Virus record (IMG/VR): IMGVR_UViG_2585427635_000006
Length of the DNA: 64,000 bases
Reading direction: 5' to 3' (one strand)
Source of the DNA: an uncultured virus (IMG/VR IMGVR_UViG_2585427635_000006)
Lineage: Duplodnaviria; Heunggongvirae; Uroviricota; Caudoviricetes
Shown: positions 26,051 to 36,322 of the stretch, one piece after another
Layout: each line of letters begins with the position of its first letter
Numbering within the stretch: position 1 is the stretch's first letter
Translations under genes and position numbers: made by a program
Notes under the pieces: model-generated
Told to the model about the DNA's origin: nothing
The model's input: only the letters and a program-made list of their open reading frames with translations
The model's database searches: none

Positions 26051-27908
26051 GGTAGTACGGGACCTTCGCAAAGGCGGCACCCAGTACCGCCATGCCGATG
26101 TCCTATCCATAGACGCACCCGCCCGAACCCTTGAACTTGCATTTAGCAGCGAAGCAGCAGAAGTGCAAACAAGGAGCGGCGTAGAGATTCTCGGCCACCG
26201 TATCAACGAAGTACGCATGCACCGTCTTGACAACGGTGCCGCCTTACTCCTGGACCACAACCCACGCGAACACATTGGCGTTGTCGAATCGGCCTCTATT
26301 GACAGCGACCACCGCGGACGCGCCATCGTGCGCTTCGGGCGCAGCCCACGTGCTGAAGAAATCCTACGTGATGTCCTGGACGGCATCCGTAAACACGTCT
26401 CAGTAGGCTATTTAGTCCATCAAGTCGAAGTGATCGGCCAACGCGACGCAGGCCCCCTGTACCGCGCCACGGACTGGGAGCCCATTGAAATCTCCATTGT
26501 CAGCATCCCTGCCGACCCCTCCGTCGGCATCGGGCGCGCCTTGGAAAATCCGCCACAGGACACCGCAACAGTCTCGCAACACACTCCAGGCACCCCTGAG
26601 GATAAAACCATGACGGAACCATCACCCCCCGCCCATGCCGACACCACCAACACACCCCAGCCGACATCCAACGCGACTGACACCCCCAACAGCGTCGATG
26701 CCGAACGAACCCGTGTCAGACACATTGCTGACCTTGGCAAAACCTACGGACACCTGGAACTGGCGCACGACTACATTACCCAAGGCCACTCACCGGAAGC
26801 ATTCCAGCGCGCCCTACTGACAAAACTGACGGACAAAGCCCCCATGCCCCAGTCTGAACCTCACACGGAAACCGGCATCGGCCTGTCCACACAAGAAATA
26901 CGGCACTACAGCATCGTCCGCGCGATCCGCGCGTTATTGCCTAATGCCAGCCAGACCGACCGCAACGCGGCGGCCTTTGAGATTGCCTGCTCCGCCGCCG
27001 CAGAAAAAACCTACGGCAAACAGGCGCGCGGCCTACTGATCCCCTCGGACGTCCTCAACCGCGCATTCTCCACCACCACCCCGACGGACGGCCCCGGCAG
27101 CAACATCATTGCCACCGAACTACACGCCTCCTCCTTTATCGAAATCCTGCGTAATAAAACCTGGGTCATGCAGCGCGCTACCGTCATGGGCGGCCTGGTT
27201 GGCAACGTCGATATCCCCAGACAGAAAGGCACCACCCAAGCCTACTGGGTGGGGGAGGGCGACTCACCGGAAAAAAGCAAACCTGCCCTGGACCAAATCC
27301 ACTTCACCCCCAAATCCCTGGCCGCCTATACCGACATCACCCGGCGTCTGCTCCTGCAATCCACCCCGGATGCCGAACAAATCGTCCGCAGCGACCTACT
27401 GAACGTCATGGCCCTGGAAGTGGACCGTGCCGCCATCTACGGCAGCGGCTCAGACATGCAACCCACAGGCGTTAAACATCACAGCGGCATTAACGCCGTG
27501 TCCTTTGCACAAAAAGGGCAACCCACATTTGCTGAACTTGTCCAGATGGAAACGCAAATTGCCCTGAACAACGCAGATGTGAACGCCATGTCCTACGCCT
27601 TCAATGCGGGCATACGTGGCTATGCCAAAACCGCCTTGAAGTTTCCCCAGACCGCCGCCAGCGGCACGATTTGGGAATCCGGCAACACCGTCAACGGCTA
27701 CCCAGCCAGCGTATCCAACCAGATCAAGGCCGGTGATGTCTTCTTTGGGAACTGGGCGGACCTCATCATTGCCATGTGGGGAGGCTTAGATATCACCGTC
27801 GACCCCTACAGCCTCAGCACCAGCGGCGGCACCCGGATTGTCGTGTTCCAAGATGTCGACTTTAACATCCGTCGTACCGAAAGCTTCTGCTACGGCGCAG
27901 CCGCCTGA
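26034..27908 (+). CDS. Prohead protease-major capsid fusion
   Basis: LLLDHN, VSVGY, EISIVSIPAD protease motifs; HK97-like capsid region (AYWVGEG). Confidence 0.9.
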   Translation: MTTATEVVRDLRKGGTQYRHADVLSIDAPARTLELAFSSEAAEVQTRSGVEILGHRINEVRMHRLDNGAALLLDHNPREHIGVVESASIDSDHRGRAIVRFGRSPRAEEILRDVLDGIRKHVSVGYLVHQVEVIGQRDAGPLYRATDWEPIEISIVSIPADPSVGIGRALENPPQDTATVSQHTPGTPEDKTMTEPSPPAHADTTNTPQPTSNATDTPNSVDAERTRVRHIADLGKTYGHLELAHDYITQGHSPEAFQRALLTKLTDKAPMPQSEPHTETGIGLSTQEIRHYSIVRAIRALLPNASQTDRNAAAFEIACSAAAEKTYGKQARGLLIPSDVLNRAFSTTTPTDGPGSNIIATELHASSFIEILRNKTWVMQRATVMGGLVGNVDIPRQKGTTQAYWVGEGDSPEKSKPALDQIHFTPKSLAAYTDITRRLLLQSTPDAEQIVRSDLLNVMALEVDRAAIYGSGSDMQPTGVKHHSGINAVSFAQKGQPTFAELVQMETQIALNNADVNAMSYAFNAGIRGYAKTALKFPQTAASGTIWESGNTVNGYPASVSNQIKAGDVFFGNWADLIIAMWGGLDITVDPYSLSTSGGTRIVVFQDVDFNIRRTESFCYGAAA

Positions 27909-27925
27909 CCCTTGAGGAACACACC

Positions 27926-28186
27926 ATGCCGACGACGACAAACACCCTCAAAATCAGCGCTGCGGTGGTGATCCAAGGCCTGATTTACCGCCCTGGCACA
28001 ATCGTCCAGGTCCCTACGGCACTGGCGCACGATTTAATGCGCCGTGGCCGTGCTGAGCTTGCCGGTGATGCCGATGGCCCCGTGGGGGTGATCATCGACC
28101 CACCCAACGGCGGAGCACCCACGCCCAACACCTTGCCCCCTACAGAAACCAACGAGAAACCTCCCCCCCGCGGGAGTCGCCGTTGA
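27926..28186 (+). CDS. Hypothetical head-associated protein
   Basis: GAGGA RBS; follows the capsid gene. Confidence 0.65.
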   Translation: MPTTTNTLKISAAVVIQGLIYRPGTIVQVPTALAHDLMRRGRAELAGDADGPVGVIIDPPNGGAPTPNTLPPTETNEKPPPRGSRR

Positions 28187-28509
28187 TGCACCACCCCTCC
28201 TGGGATGACCTAGACGCCTTCCTAGAAACCGATGATTTTGCCGTGACAGCCCAATTGCACTCAGAGACCTCCGGGCGCGTCCATCAATGCACCATTGTTT
28301 TTGACGCGGCCTACATTGATGCGGACATCGGCGACTACAGAATGAACGCCCCAGAACCCTCCTTTACCTGCAAAGAAAGCGATGTTATGGACTTCAAAAA
28401 ACATGACTACGCCCTCATCCAAGACCGCCACTACCGCCTCACCCACGACCCACAACCGGATGGAACCGGCATGGCCCTCGTGCGGCTGGCCCCGATGGCG
28501 CCCCCATGA
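28183..28509 (+). CDS. Head-tail joining protein
   Basis: PDGTG motif and position. Confidence 0.7.
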   Translation: MMHHPSWDDLDAFLETDDFAVTAQLHSETSGRVHQCTIVFDAAYIDADIGDYRMNAPEPSFTCKESDVMDFKKHDYALIQDRHYRLTHDPQPDGTGMALVRLAPMAPP

Positions 28510-29027
28510 TTGGCATCCACATCCACACCCACAGCCTCACCGCCATCGCACAAGCACTCAACGCCACTGAAACGCAGATGGAACAGGCCCTACGTTCGGC
28601 CAAAATCAAAATGGCGGCCTGGCTGCGTACCCGCTCCGTGCGTGGACTGAGCGATGCATTGCAACTCCAACAAAAGATCGTGCGCCGCCGCCTACGCACC
28701 TATCGACAACGCGACCAGATGAAAGTGTGGTACGGCCTGAACCCCGTCCCCTTCCTATGGCTGAAACCCAAAGCCACCCCTAGCGGCGTCAGCGCCCTTG
28801 GCGGGCGTCAGATCAAAGGCGCATTCATTGCCACAGTGCGCGGCAAACGGCAGGTACTCAAACGCCTGGGCCGCGCCCGCTACCCCGTGGCCGTTCAAAA
28901 AGCAGACATTTACGCACCCTCCATGACCTATATCGAAAACGGCCTTCTCGACACAGCCACCTTTGAAGCACGCTTTTACACCCTGTTTGAGCACGAACTG
29001 CAATGGCGGACACACACACCGACATAA
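28506..29027 (+). CDS. Neck/minor tail protein (gpZ-like)
   Basis: Basic protein with GAFIA...R.GRARYP. Confidence 0.65.
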   Translation: MIGIHIHTHSLTAIAQALNATETQMEQALRSAKIKMAAWLRTRSVRGLSDALQLQQKIVRRRLRTYRQRDQMKVWYGLNPVPFLWLKPKATPSGVSALGGRQIKGAFIATVRGKRQVLKRLGRARYPVAVQKADIYAPSMTYIENGLLDTATFEARFYTLFEHELQWRTHTPT

Positions 29028-29545
29028 GCTTAGAAACCCTGCATACCGCCATCCGCGACCAAATTGCAGCGCAATTCCCAGACCTGGCCACCGTTGCGTT
29101 TTATCAGGACGATGAAGACCACCAACTGCCCATGCCCGCCTGTTTACTGACACTGAGTGAGATCGAACCCGCCCCAGAAAACGATGCAGGCACCGGACAA
29201 TTCCCCGCCCTGCTGCGCTTTCAGGCACGGCTTGTCCTAGGACACCGCGGCCCCTCCACCCACCTGCAAGCACGTCTGGCCGCCGCCGCCCTGGGCACCT
29301 GGCTGTACCAGCGCCGTTGGCGTGGCGTACCAACCGACCCCTGCCGCGTGATTGCCATCTACCCAGACGAATTCAACGCCGAATTAGATCGATACGTCGT
29401 CTGGACCGTGGAATGGCAACAACCCGTCTTCCTTGGCAACAGCGCCTGGAACAACCCAGGCACCCTACCCACCAACCTATGGCTGTCCTTCACCCCGCAG
29501 ACCGGCCCCTCCGTCCAAGACAGCTATCACCAGATCGCCCCATGA
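29003..29545 (+). CDS. Tail completion/terminator-like protein
   Basis: Position before the spike gene; W.VEWQQ motif. Confidence 0.6.
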   Translation: MADTHTDISLETLHTAIRDQIAAQFPDLATVAFYQDDEDHQLPMPACLLTLSEIEPAPENDAGTGQFPALLRFQARLVLGHRGPSTHLQARLAAAALGTWLYQRRWRGVPTDPCRVIAIYPDEFNAELDRYVVWTVEWQQPVFLGNSAWNNPGTLPTNLWLSFTPQTGPSVQDSYHQIAP

Positions 29546-30129
29546 GACAGACACTCAACGAACACACCCGCCAATTAGCACACCTGATCCTCCAAGGGAC
29601 CGTCGCCGAGCTAGACCCTGCTACCGCCTGCGTGCGGATTGAAGCCGGAGAACTGCTCACCGGCTGGCTGCCTGTGATGGCCTCACGTGCCGGAGCCGAC
29701 CGCTCCTGGTGGCTGCCGCACCTGGGCGAACAAGTCATTGCACTGTGCCCCAATGGGGATTCGGCACTGGGCATCGTCTTGCCTGGCAGCCTCTACCAAG
29801 AGACCTTCCCTGCGCCCAGCAGCACCGCCCACCAGCCCTGCCTGCTGTTTGGCGACGGAACACGCATCACCTACGACCGCCAAGCCCACGCCCTGACCGT
29901 AGATGCCTCCGCCGCATCCGGCACCGTCACCCTGATCTGCGCCACCGCCACCCTCAATGCCAGCGACCGCCTCACCTTGGACACGCCCAGCCTCCACCTC
30001 ACCGGCAACCTCACCGTAGACGGCACCATTCACGCACAAGGCGACATCACCGCCGCAGGCATTGGCCTACAACGTCACCACCATACGGCCCAAGGACCCA
30101 ATGCACCTACCACCCCTGCCCAGGGGTAG
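29542..30129 (+). CDS. Baseplate spike (P2 gpV-like)
   Basis: TGWLP...RAG..R.W..P..GEQV; C-terminal HHH. Confidence 0.9.
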   Translation: MRQTLNEHTRQLAHLILQGTVAELDPATACVRIEAGELLTGWLPVMASRAGADRSWWLPHLGEQVIALCPNGDSALGIVLPGSLYQETFPAPSSTAHQPCLLFGDGTRITYDRQAHALTVDASAASGTVTLICATATLNASDRLTLDTPSLHLTGNLTVDGTIHAQGDITAAGIGLQRHHHTAQGPNAPTTPAQG

Positions 30130-30133
30130 GCGG

Positions 30134-30409
30134 TTACACATGAAGGCGCGTGATCTTCGGGCGTGGCTGCTGACTAGCAACCCACAGGTCATACTTGAAC
30201 TGCATGGCTGCCCACATCTCTGCACTGGTGCCAAGCGCATCTTCCAGGCGAAGGGCCATATCGGCAGAGATGCCATTGGTACCATTGAGAATACGCGACA
30301 AAGCCACACGGCTGACGCCTAGCTTTGCAGCCGCATTGGTCACAGTGAGCTCACCAAGATACTCACGCAACACTTCACCTGGATGTGCGGGATTGTGCAT
30401 ACGTTTCAT
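30134..30409 (-). CDS. higA: HigA-family antitoxin
   Basis: HPGEVLRE...A.KLGVSR..LSRILNG...ISADMALRL. Confidence 0.92.
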   Translation of the reverse strand: MKRMHNPAHPGEVLREYLGELTVTNAAAKLGVSRVALSRILNGTNGISADMALRLEDALGTSAEMWAAMQFKYDLWVASQQPRPKITRLHV

Positions 30410-30419
30410 CGTGTGTTTC

Positions 30420-30701
30420 CTAGTGATAATCCTGATAGTCGACCAAGATTGCGTCTTCGCCTTCAAAAGCAAACGTGAGGCGATAGTTGCCATTCACCCA
30501 GATGGACCAATGACCTTTTAAGTCAGCGCCTTTTAGTGGGTGCAGTTTCCAGCCTGGAGCATTCATATCTTCGGGGCGCTTGGCACTCTCCAACGCGGTG
30601 AGCTGGATACGCAGTTTGGCGGCGTGTTTGGTTTGGATACCAGCGGTTGATCCCACAAGGAAAAATTGTTGAATGCCTTTGTGGCGGAAACTTTTGATCA
30701 T
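30420..30701 (-). CDS. higB: HigB/RelE-family toxin
   Basis: MIKSFRHKG...LHPLKG...WSI.VNGNYRLTF...DYQDYH; toxin-first order. Confidence 0.92.
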   Translation of the reverse strand: MIKSFRHKGIQQFFLVGSTAGIQTKHAAKLRIQLTALESAKRPEDMNAPGWKLHPLKGADLKGHWSIWVNGNYRLTFAFEGEDAILVDYQDYH

Positions 30702-30711
30702 CAAGCGGCCA

Positions 30712-30735
30712 GTATACCGTAAATGATCGGTATAC
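30712..30735. promoter_or_regulatory. Palindromic higBA operator
   Basis: GTATACCG-N8-CGGTATAC directly upstream of higB. Confidence 0.65.
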
Positions 30736-30898
30736 AGCCAGAGGTAGTTATAACCAGTCGAACCCACATTAAAATATTGAACAAATGTTCCATATCATGT
30801 CCGCATCATGCGTTGCATATATCGGTAACCGATAAAAGAAACGCTAAGGAAAACCCGCCACAGGACACCGCCCAGTGAGTCCCCCCAAGCTGCTGAGC

Positions 30899-31237
30899 AT
30901 GCGCGGAATGAACATGCACACCGGAAAGCCGCTTGATGGCATCGACCACCTGCGCCAATCGGTACAGAACATCTTGAGCACCCCATTAGGGAGCCGGATC
31001 ATGCGCCGTGATTACGGCAGCCGACTACCACACCTGCTTGATGCCCCGATCACACGTGCCCTAACAATGGACCTGTACGCCGCCACCGCACAAGCCCTTG
31101 CCGCACACGAGCCACGGATCACCCTGCGGCAAGTGACGGCCCGCGCCACCGCATCGGGCACGGTAACCCTTGTGTTGACCGCCCACTACCTTCCTGAGGG
31201 GAAAACCGTCACCCTAGACGGCATCCAGGTGCGTTGA
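30899..31237 (+). CDS. Baseplate protein (gpW/gp25-like)
   Basis: HLRQSV..IL.TP.GSR.MRRDYGS. Confidence 0.9.
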   Translation: MRGMNMHTGKPLDGIDHLRQSVQNILSTPLGSRIMRRDYGSRLPHLLDAPITRALTMDLYAATAQALAAHEPRITLRQVTARATASGTVTLVLTAHYLPEGKTVTLDGIQVR

Positions 31238-32130
31238 TGGACAACACCCTGACGGCGATTGATATCTCCAAGCTGCCCATGCCCGATGTCATCCGGCAAG
31301 TGGCCGCAGACGTGATCTTGCAAGAGATGCTGGCTGATCTGGCGGCACGTGACCCGACCCTGAAAGACCTCCTGCCCTCAGACCCCATCTACACCCTGTT
31401 GGAAGTGGCCGCCTACCGCGAAGCCGTGCGCCGCTATCAAAGCAATGAAGATGCCAAAGCCGTCATGGTGGCCTTGGCCAGCGATGCCGACCTAGATCAT
31501 TTAGCCGCATTATTTCGCGTCAAGCGCCTAGTGTTGGAGGCAGGTGACCCCTCTAAAGGCATCCCCCCGAGGATGGAGAGTGATGCCGCATTTCGGCGGC
31601 GTATCGTCCTTGCACCGGAAGGCTACAGCGTCGCCGGTCCGGAAGGCGCTTACATCTATCATGCCATCAGCGCCCATCCCGACGTACTTGACGTCAGCGC
31701 CACCAGCCCAACCCCTGGGGACGTCATCATCACCGTACTATCACGCAGCGCCAACGGACAGCCCTCACAAGACGTGCTTGACGCCGTGATGGCCGCTGTC
31801 AACCAAGACTCAGTACGCCCCATGACCGATCACGTGACCGTACAACCGGCACAGATCACTGACTACCAAGTTCACGCACGATTGCACACCTACGCCGGAC
31901 CGGATGCAGCGGTCGTCCTGTCCGAAGCACACCGCCGCATCACCGCCTACACCACAGACACATTCCGCTTAGGGCGAGATATCGCCCTGAGTGGCCTGTA
32001 TGCCGGACTGCATGTCGAAGGCATCCAACGCGTAGAACTCATCACGCCACAACAGGGACTGACGATGGATCGTACCCAGGCGGCCCGCTGCACCAACATC
32101 ACCGTCGTGCATGGTGGCGTTGATGAATGA
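31234..32130 (+). CDS. Baseplate J-like protein
   Basis: DLDHLAA, ESD..FR.R, SVAGP.GAY, VRPMTD. Confidence 0.92.
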   Translation: MMDNTLTAIDISKLPMPDVIRQVAADVILQEMLADLAARDPTLKDLLPSDPIYTLLEVAAYREAVRRYQSNEDAKAVMVALASDADLDHLAALFRVKRLVLEAGDPSKGIPPRMESDAAFRRRIVLAPEGYSVAGPEGAYIYHAISAHPDVLDVSATSPTPGDVIITVLSRSANGQPSQDVLDAVMAAVNQDSVRPMTDHVTVQPAQITDYQVHARLHTYAGPDAAVVLSEAHRRITAYTTDTFRLGRDIALSGLYAGLHVEGIQRVELITPQQGLTMDRTQAARCTNITVVHGGVDE

Positions 32131-32680
32131 ACCCCTGCACAGCCTGCTTCCCCCCACGGCAACACCGCTCATGCGCACCCTGGAGCAAGTGATGGCACGC
32201 ATGGCCGACATCCCGATTCCATTCAAACAACTATGGGACCCGCACACCTGCCCCGAGCCATTGCTCCCCTGGCTGGCCTGGTCATTGTCCGTGGACACCT
32301 GGCGCAGCACGTGGCCCGTGCATATCAAACGCGCGCGTATTGCGGCGGCCATCGAGATTCAGCGTTGCAAAGGCAGCGTTAAAAGTGTGCGCGATGTAGT
32401 GCGCAGCTTTGGCGGAGACGTCCTCATCACCGAATGGTGGCAACAAAACCCACCGGCTGCACCACACACCTTCACACTGCTACTCACCTTATCCGGGCAA
32501 AGCGGCAGCCAGAGCACCGCCGAATTTGTCGCAGATGTCATTACAGAAGTCATCCGCACCAAACCCGTTCGCAGCCATTTCAGCTTTACCCAGGGCGTGC
32601 ACACCATCGGACAGATTGGCCTGCTGGGTGGCGCACAGATCACCGCGTACCGACGCGTACAACTCACCCAGGCCGCATGA
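32123..32680 (+). CDS. Tail protein I (P2 gpI-like)
   Basis: LWDP.TCP..LLPWLAW..SVD.W, KPVRSH. Confidence 0.92.
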   Translation: MNEPLHSLLPPTATPLMRTLEQVMARMADIPIPFKQLWDPHTCPEPLLPWLAWSLSVDTWRSTWPVHIKRARIAAAIEIQRCKGSVKSVRDVVRSFGGDVLITEWWQQNPPAAPHTFTLLLTLSGQSGSQSTAEFVADVITEVIRTKPVRSHFSFTQGVHTIGQIGLLGGAQITAYRRVQLTQAA

Positions 32681-32687
32681 GGATGCC

Positions 32688-34280
32688 ATGACCCCACTCC
32701 AAATCACCATCACCCCACAGGGCCGCGCCGCCCTAGTGAACGCCCAACATCATGGCACCGTCCCCGTGCGGCTGGCCTCTGTCGGCCTGACCGCGCAACA
32801 CTTCGACCCCGCCGCGGCAACGATGCCTGATGAATCCAAACGCCTGACCACCTTCTCAGGCGGCGTGGTGGCCGCAGACACCATTCACATCACCATCGGC
32901 GATGCAACCAGCGACCAGTACGACGTCCGCGGCTTTGGCGTCTACCTTGATGATGGCACCTTATTCGCTACCTACTCCCAACAGGACATCATTCTCAGCA
33001 AATCCGCATCGGCCATGCTACTGCTTGCCATTGATGTTCGGTTCGTAGATACCGATGCGACTCAACTCTCCTTCGGTGAAACCTCCTGGAACAACCCACC
33101 GGCGACACAGACAGTGGCAGGCGTGCTCACCTTGTCCAGCAACGCCCAAGCCATCGCGGGCCTGGAGGATCGCAGCGCCATACCGCCTACCGCATTGAAA
33201 GCCACCCTGGATCACCGCCTAGGCGAAGCCGCCCCTTCCGACTACGCCAAAACACTGCTGGCCAGCGCCGATGCGCCCACCCTCCGCCACCTGCTGGGCC
33301 TGGGCGATGCTGCCGTGATGGACACCGGATCAGGAAAAGACTTGGACGCAGATTTACTCGACGGCTATCACGGCACCTACTACCTACAATGGAGAAACCT
33401 CCAGAACACACCACAGACCTATCCACCGAGCGCCCACCAGCACGCCAGCAGCGATATCCCAGACCTGGCCTCACACCTGGATACCCTGGTGAAAAAAACA
33501 GGAAGCCTCATGACAGGCTCGCTCCAATCCCAAGGCACCCTGATTGGTGACGCACTGGGTCACGGACGCATTCCGGCACTGAAAATCGGTAACGATTGCG
33601 AATTCTGGGACAACAATATCCCCTACGCAGCCACATTCCGCAGCGGCACCTCCCCAGCCATCGCACAACTGTTCTTTGGCACCAGCAACCATTGCTATTT
33701 CGGCACCAGCACCAAAAACACCAGCACAGTGATTGGCGCAAAAACGGGCTTACTGTGGATTGAAACCGCAGGCAATTACTACTACCAACAACACGACACG
33801 ACCCACGTTGCCTTTTACAAAAAGAACGGAGGCCACGCCTTTTTCTGGAGACGCAGCGACAGCGGCGGCAACGGCAGTACCAATGAAGTACAACTGATGG
33901 CACTGGAAGACAATGGCAACCTGTCAGTGAAAGGCACTATCGTCTCGGCAGGCGGCTACGCCCAAGGCTCCTCCCGAAAACTCAAAGACATTGAAGGCCC
34001 CTTGCCGTATGGCCTGGCAGAGATTGAACAACTCACCCCTCTGATCGGACGCTACAAACCCTCCTACACCCCCGACGGACGCCGCCGCCTATTTTTAGAG
34101 GCAGAACAACTACTGGACCTGATGCCGGAAACGGTCAATCCCGAAGGCATCCCCTTCCAAGGCGCTTACGTCCCCTCGGTCAACCTGGACCAACTCCTGC
34201 CTGTACTGGTGAATGCCATTGCACAGCTATCAGCCAAAGTAAACGCACTGACCGACGCGCCACGCCACGCGGAAAAATAG
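32688..34280 (+). CDS. Tail fibre with C-terminal intramolecular chaperone (S74-like)
   Basis: Conserved N-terminal fibre region, LDADLLDG, SSRKLKDI...AEQL..LMPE.V...LVNAIAQL. Confidence 0.85.
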   Translation: MTPLQITITPQGRAALVNAQHHGTVPVRLASVGLTAQHFDPAAATMPDESKRLTTFSGGVVAADTIHITIGDATSDQYDVRGFGVYLDDGTLFATYSQQDIILSKSASAMLLLAIDVRFVDTDATQLSFGETSWNNPPATQTVAGVLTLSSNAQAIAGLEDRSAIPPTALKATLDHRLGEAAPSDYAKTLLASADAPTLRHLLGLGDAAVMDTGSGKDLDADLLDGYHGTYYLQWRNLQNTPQTYPPSAHQHASSDIPDLASHLDTLVKKTGSLMTGSLQSQGTLIGDALGHGRIPALKIGNDCEFWDNNIPYAATFRSGTSPAIAQLFFGTSNHCYFGTSTKNTSTVIGAKTGLLWIETAGNYYYQQHDTTHVAFYKKNGGHAFFWRRSDSGGNGSTNEVQLMALEDNGNLSVKGTIVSAGGYAQGSSRKLKDIEGPLPYGLAEIEQLTPLIGRYKPSYTPDGRRRLFLEAEQLLDLMPETVNPEGIPFQGAYVPSVNLDQLLPVLVNAIAQLSAKVNALTDAPRHAEK

Positions 34281-34344
34281 CCACAGGACAGCAAACAGCT
34301 GTCGCACCGATCATCTCCCCGTCTTACAGCAGATGAAGGGCCTG

Positions 34345-35523
34345 ATGACGGAACACTATCTACATGGCGTTGAAGTGCTGGAGATCGACGATGGCGCACG
34401 CGTCATCCAAACGGCCTCAAGCAGCGTCATTGGCCTGGTGGGCACTGCACCTTTGGCCGACGCCACCACCTATCCCCTCAACACCCCCGTACTGGTACCA
34501 GGATCAACCGCGATGGCGGCCACACTAGGGACAGCAGGCACCTTGCCCCAGGCCATGGATAGCATTTTTGATCAGATTGGCGCGGCAGTGATTGTGGTGC
34601 GTATTGAAGATAGCGTGGATGAAACCCAGCGGCTGTCTCATGCTGTTGGTGGCATCAATGCCGCCAACGGCACCTATGAAGGCGTCCATGCGCTGCTGGC
34701 CGCCGAAAACATCACCGGCTACAAACCGCGCCTGCTGATTGCTCCAGGTTTGACCCACCAGCGCCCAGAACAGACACAGGCCAATCCCGTTGTGTCCGAA
34801 TTGATCGGCATTGCCGAGCGACTGCGTGCCATCATCATTGCTGACGGCCCTGGCACCACTGATGCACAGGCCATTGCCTATGCCGGGGACTTTGGCAGCA
34901 AACGCGTGTTCCTGGTTGATCCACCTATCACCACACTGGGTGCTGATGGCACCACCACCACCGCCTACAGCAGCGCTGCGGTGGCCGGACTCATCGCCAA
35001 GATAGATAACCGCAACGGCTGGTGGTGGTCCCCCTCCAATCAACCCATCAACGGCATTCTTGGCACCTCACGCCCCATTGATTTTGCATTGGGCGATGCC
35101 ACCAGCCGCGCCAATCTGCTCAATGAAAAAAAGATTGCCACCATCATTCGCCATGACGGCTACAGATTATGGGGAAACCGCACCTTATCCAGCGATCCTA
35201 AGTGGACCTACCTCTGCGTGGTCCGCATCGCCGATATCATCGCCGATAGCTTACAAGCGGCCCATCTGTGGGCGGTGGATCGCTCCATTACCAAAACATA
35301 CGCCAGTGATGTTGAGGAAGGCGTCAATGCCTATCTGCGACGACTGAAAAGCCTGGGCGCGATTATTAATGGCCGATGCTGGGCGGATACAGCACTCAAC
35401 ACAAAAGACGCCATCACTGCCGGACACGTCTATTTTAATTTTGACTTCACCCCGGCCTATCCGGCCGAACACATCACCTTCCGTAGTCGGCTCACCAGTG
35501 ATTATCTCGTGGAGGTGTTCTAA
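34345..35523 (+). CDS. Tail sheath protein
   Basis: YLHGVE, WWSPSN, GYRLWGNRT. Confidence 0.95.
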   Translation: MTEHYLHGVEVLEIDDGARVIQTASSSVIGLVGTAPLADATTYPLNTPVLVPGSTAMAATLGTAGTLPQAMDSIFDQIGAAVIVVRIEDSVDETQRLSHAVGGINAANGTYEGVHALLAAENITGYKPRLLIAPGLTHQRPEQTQANPVVSELIGIAERLRAIIIADGPGTTDAQAIAYAGDFGSKRVFLVDPPITTLGADGTTTTAYSSAAVAGLIAKIDNRNGWWWSPSNQPINGILGTSRPIDFALGDATSRANLLNEKKIATIIRHDGYRLWGNRTLSSDPKWTYLCVVRIADIIADSLQAAHLWAVDRSITKTYASDVEEGVNAYLRRLKSLGAIINGRCWADTALNTKDAITAGHVYFNFDFTPAYPAEHITFRSRLTSDYLVEVF

Positions 35524-36032
35524 TGTCCGCACCGCGTCATATCCTCAAACACCTCAACCTGTTTATTGATGGCAAAGGCTATGCAGGGCAGGTCGAAGAC
35601 ATCAACCTGCCAAAATTGACCTTAAAAACCGAAGAGTTTCGGGGTGGCGGCATGCTGGCCCCTGTAGAACTCACGATGGGCATGGAGAAGCTAGAGACCG
35701 ATGTCAGCTTGATTTGCTACAGCAGCGACGCACTCCTGCTGTTCGGCGTTACCGAAGGAAAGCAGGTGAACTGCACCGTGCGTGGCTTTCTGGAATCCTT
35801 CGATGGGACGACAACATCCCTTGCGATCCATTTGCGCGGCAAAGTTAAAGAAATCGATCGCGGTACCTGGAAACCGCCGGACAAATCCAGCCTAAAACTG
35901 GCCTTGGCACTGAGCTACTACAAAGAAGTACATAACGCCACCGTCATTCATGAAATCGACATAGAAAACATGATCTTCCAGCAAAACGGCATTGATCTGC
36001 TCGCCCCCGCTCGCAACGCACTAGGACTCTAA
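35523..36032 (+). CDS. Tail tube protein
   Basis: NLFIDG..Y.G...LPKL....EEFRGGGM. Confidence 0.95.
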   Translation: MSAPRHILKHLNLFIDGKGYAGQVEDINLPKLTLKTEEFRGGGMLAPVELTMGMEKLETDVSLICYSSDALLLFGVTEGKQVNCTVRGFLESFDGTTTSLAIHLRGKVKEIDRGTWKPPDKSSLKLALALSYYKEVHNATVIHEIDIENMIFQQNGIDLLAPARNALGL

Positions 36033-36034
36033 CC

Positions 36035-36322
36035 ATGACCGGACCGACCACTGATAAACCGTACATCCGCGAAGCAGAAGGCGGCGTACACATCACCTTA
36101 GCCTCACCCGTCAGCATCAATGGCACCACCGTCAATGAACTATGGATGCGCGAACCGACCGCAGGGGATATGAAGCGCTCCTTTGCACTCCCAGGCAACG
36201 AAGGCGAACGCGAATTGCGCATCTTTTCCAACCTTCTGGAAGTGGCCCCCGAAGCCTTAGAAACCTTCAGCCTGCGTAACTACAAACGGCTACAGGAGGC
36301 CTTTCTGATTTTTATCGAGTGA
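36035..36322 (+). CDS. Tail assembly chaperone (gpE-like)
   Basis: MREPT.GD motif; between tube and tape measure. Confidence 0.85.
   Translation: MTGPTTDKPYIREAEGGVHITLASPVSINGTTVNELWMREPTAGDMKRSFALPGNEGERELRIFSNLLEVAPEALETFSLRNYKRLQEAFLIFIE

Noticed and set aside
32688..34340. Invertible tail-fibre cassette
   Set aside because: No invertase or inverted alternative C-terminus nearby
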